From Dictyostelium discoideum (taxonomy: Eukaryota), in NCBI GenBank assembly GCA_000004695.1, contig CM000151.3:5376001-5440000 (forward strand): a stretch of DNA of 64,000 nt. The letters run 5' to 3'. The notes under the pieces are model-generated. The model did no database searches and was not told the DNA's origin. It saw only the letters and a list, made by a program, of their open reading frames with translations. Within the stretch, counting starts at the first letter, position 1; every line of letters starts with the position of its first letter. A program made the position numbers and the translations under genes. Positions 57,754 to 64,000 of the stretch are shown here, piece by piece.

Positions 57754-58559
57754 ATGGAATCTGTAATCTATTATATTAAAAAGTATTCAATCAAAAATAA
57801 CAACCTTTATTTTAATTTACTTTTTTAATACATAAAATATATTTATTATTTAATTATTTGGAATTCATTGATATTAAATCTTTTAATATATTAAGAGTTT
57901 TGCGAAATATGTAGATTAAGTATAAAACAAGAAGTGATTCAGGCGCATAAAATAACAACCTTAACATTTCAATTTTTTTAAACAAATAATTAAAGATAAG
58001 ATAATGATATTGGTTAGAACACAATCAAAATTTAATAAAAAAAAAAAAAAAAATAATAATAATTATTATTAAAAAATAAATATATAATACAAATAAAAAA
58101 AATAAATTAATAAAAAACCAATAATATTTTTATAAAAAAAAGTTAAATTAAATTTAATAAAAAGAAAATATCATAAAAAGAGTAGAATCAAATATAAAGA
58201 AATTGATTATAATAATTAAAATCTGGATCTTAATTTTTAAGTTCCTTCATTTGACCTAATTTTCTTTATTATTTTTTGTAAAGTGTTTAAATAAATTTGA
58301 TTGCATAATAGTTTTTTTTATTTTATTTAATTTTTTTTATTAACTAATTAATTAAACAATTTTTTCTTTTTTTTTTTTTTCTTTTTTTTTTTATTATTTT
58401 TTTTTTTTTTTCTTCCAAAAATCCTAACAAAAAAAACAATACCAACAAAAAATTTAAAAAAAAGAAACATGAATATAAATTTTTTTTTTTTTTTTTTCTA
58501 TTTTATGTACATTTATTTTCAAACTTGATATTATTATTTAAAAAAGAATTGTGTTTAGG

Positions 58560-58595
<36 letters not shown>

Positions 58596-58709
58596 AAGGT
58601 AAACTAAATACTTTCTTTTTTTAAATTTTATATCTTTCAATTTGTTTTTTTTTTTTTGTTTTTGTTTTTTTTTGAATTGTTTTAAAAAATTATGTTATTA
58701 AAACTCTGT

Positions 58710-59080
58710 TTAAGCAGAGGCCATTGCTGGGAAACACTCTTCAAATTTATTCTTTGGGTGTTTGTTATCAGAGTGGATTCTGAGTTCAGTTTCTTTAGCA
58801 GTACATAAAAAGCTTGCTCTACAAATGTTACAAATTGTAGTTTTAGCAGCTTCGTTGGTTTTTAGTTGACTTTTGGCACTTGAAGCACCTTCGTTTCTCT
58901 TTAAATTTCTTTCTCTCTTTTGTTGAGCTTTGGCACCGTTTCCTATAATTATTTTTTATTTTTTTATTTTTAATTCATGTTAATATATTTTTCTTCTTTT
59001 TATTTTTGTTTATAATTTTAAAAAAAAAAAAAAAAAAAGATAAAAAAAAAATAGATAAAAATATATTTACCTGATGGCAT
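58710..59080 (-). CDS. ZNF706-like small protein (4F5/SERF-type N-terminus plus a single C2H2-like finger). Minus-strand exons 59071..59080 (10 nt), 58710..58942.
   Basis: The spliced product is MPS-G-NGAKAQQKRERNLKRNEGASSAKSQLKTNEAAKTTICNICRASFLCTAKETELRIHSDNKHPKNKFEECFPAMASA*. Compare ZNF706: MARGQQKIQSQQKNAKKQ...YTCTVCRTQMPDPKTFKQHFESKHPK. The donor is GTAAAT at 59070, the minus-strand AG ends at 58943, and phase is 1. The 10-nt first coding exon is unusually short, so the start is uncertain. Confidence 0.55.
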
Positions 59081-59278
59081 TGTTGTATATGTATGAATGT
59101 GTGATAAGTTGGAAAAAAAAAAAAATAAAAAAAAATTTTGAAATTTTTAAAAAAAAAAAAAAAAGAAAAAAAAAAGAATAAAAATAAAATAAAAAAAAAA
59201 TTTAAAATAAAAATAAAAATAAAAAAAAAAAAAATTGAAATTAAGTAATCACCAAATTTTGTTTGTTAATTATCTAAA

Positions 59279-59310
<32 letters not shown>

Positions 59311-59451
59311 TATTTTTTAAACATTTTAATTTAAAATTTTAATCTTTTATTATTAAATTTTAAAAATTGACTTTGTTTTTTTTTTTTTGTTATTTTTTTA
59401 AAATAATATTTTTATTATTACAAGTTTTTTTTTTTTTTTTTTCCAGCTTTT

Positions 59452-63452
<4,001 letters not shown>

Positions 63453-64000
63453 TATTTGTTTTTTTTATGTGTATTTATTTTGTTTTTTTTTTTTTTTTTT
63501 ATTTTATTAAGAGAAAAAAAAAAAAAAAAAAAAAAAAAAGAGAGAGAAAATTTTGATAAATTAATGTGGTTTTGGATTGACTTAAAAATTTAAAAAAATA
63601 AAATTAAAAAAACAAAAAAAAATAAAAAAAAATAAAAAAATAAATTAAAATAATAATAAAAAAAAAAAAAAAAATTATGGGATTTGAAAAAATAAATTAA
63701 AAAAAAGAAATAAAACTTATTTTTTGTTTTTTTTTTTTTTTTTTTTTTTTGAGTTAAAATTGTTAATTGTTAATTTTTTTTTTTTGATTCACTAAATTAA
63801 TTTTGGTCCAAATTTAAATTTAGGAAAATGGATTGGTTTTACCAAATTGACTCAATTATGGAAATAAAATAAAATATAATATATAAAAAAAAATAGAAAA
63901 AAAATAAAAAAATTCTGAGAATTAAAAATAAATAAAAAAAAAATAAAATAAAATAAAAAATAAATAAATTTGAAAAAAAAAAAAAAGAAAAAAAAATCTT

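Overview
The window reads as Dictyostelium discoideum-type nuclear DNA: roughly 20-25% GC, intergenic regions and introns that are almost pure A/T, short introns with GTAAGT/GTATGT donors and (T/A)AG acceptors, and frequent (AAT)n/(CAA)n tracts encoding poly-N/poly-Q. I found no prokaryotic features and no CRISPR. By hand-splicing the supplied ORFs I reconstruct about 27 protein-coding genes on both strands. Most have one to three short introns. Homologs I recognise are THADA/Trm732, PC4/Sub1, a PH-domain protein, two VPS9-domain proteins, a TBC Rab-GAP, Bud20/ZNF593, NOC4, ATG16, a TVP38/DedA membrane protein, AP-3 sigma, PCCA, DIM1, an SR-like RRM protein, an SMT-family methyltransferase, PTB/hnRNP-L, a ZNF706-like protein and a TMCO4/DUF726 hydrolase. 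There are two tRNA genes, Lys-CTT and Met-CAT, both on the minus strand; the Lys gene has a downstream external B box. The observations I rate most highly are these. First, a VPS9 domain split by an intron and continuous with a DUF726/TMCO4 alpha/beta-hydrolase ORF, so the two supplied ORFs are one fusion gene. Second, a sterol-methyltransferase-family enzyme with an extra N-terminal domain of about 175 aa and strong C-ending codon bias. Third, a REI1/ZNF622-like zinc-finger locus that is broken by an in-frame TAA, frame changes and a perfect 23-bp tandem duplication, and is bracketed by ~115-bp direct repeats. Fourth, ORF-free, GC-normal blocks next to both tRNA genes that could be retroelement remnants. 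Fifth, an intron carrying a G15 homopolymer. All coordinates were derived by hand from the sequence and may be off by a base or two at splice junctions.
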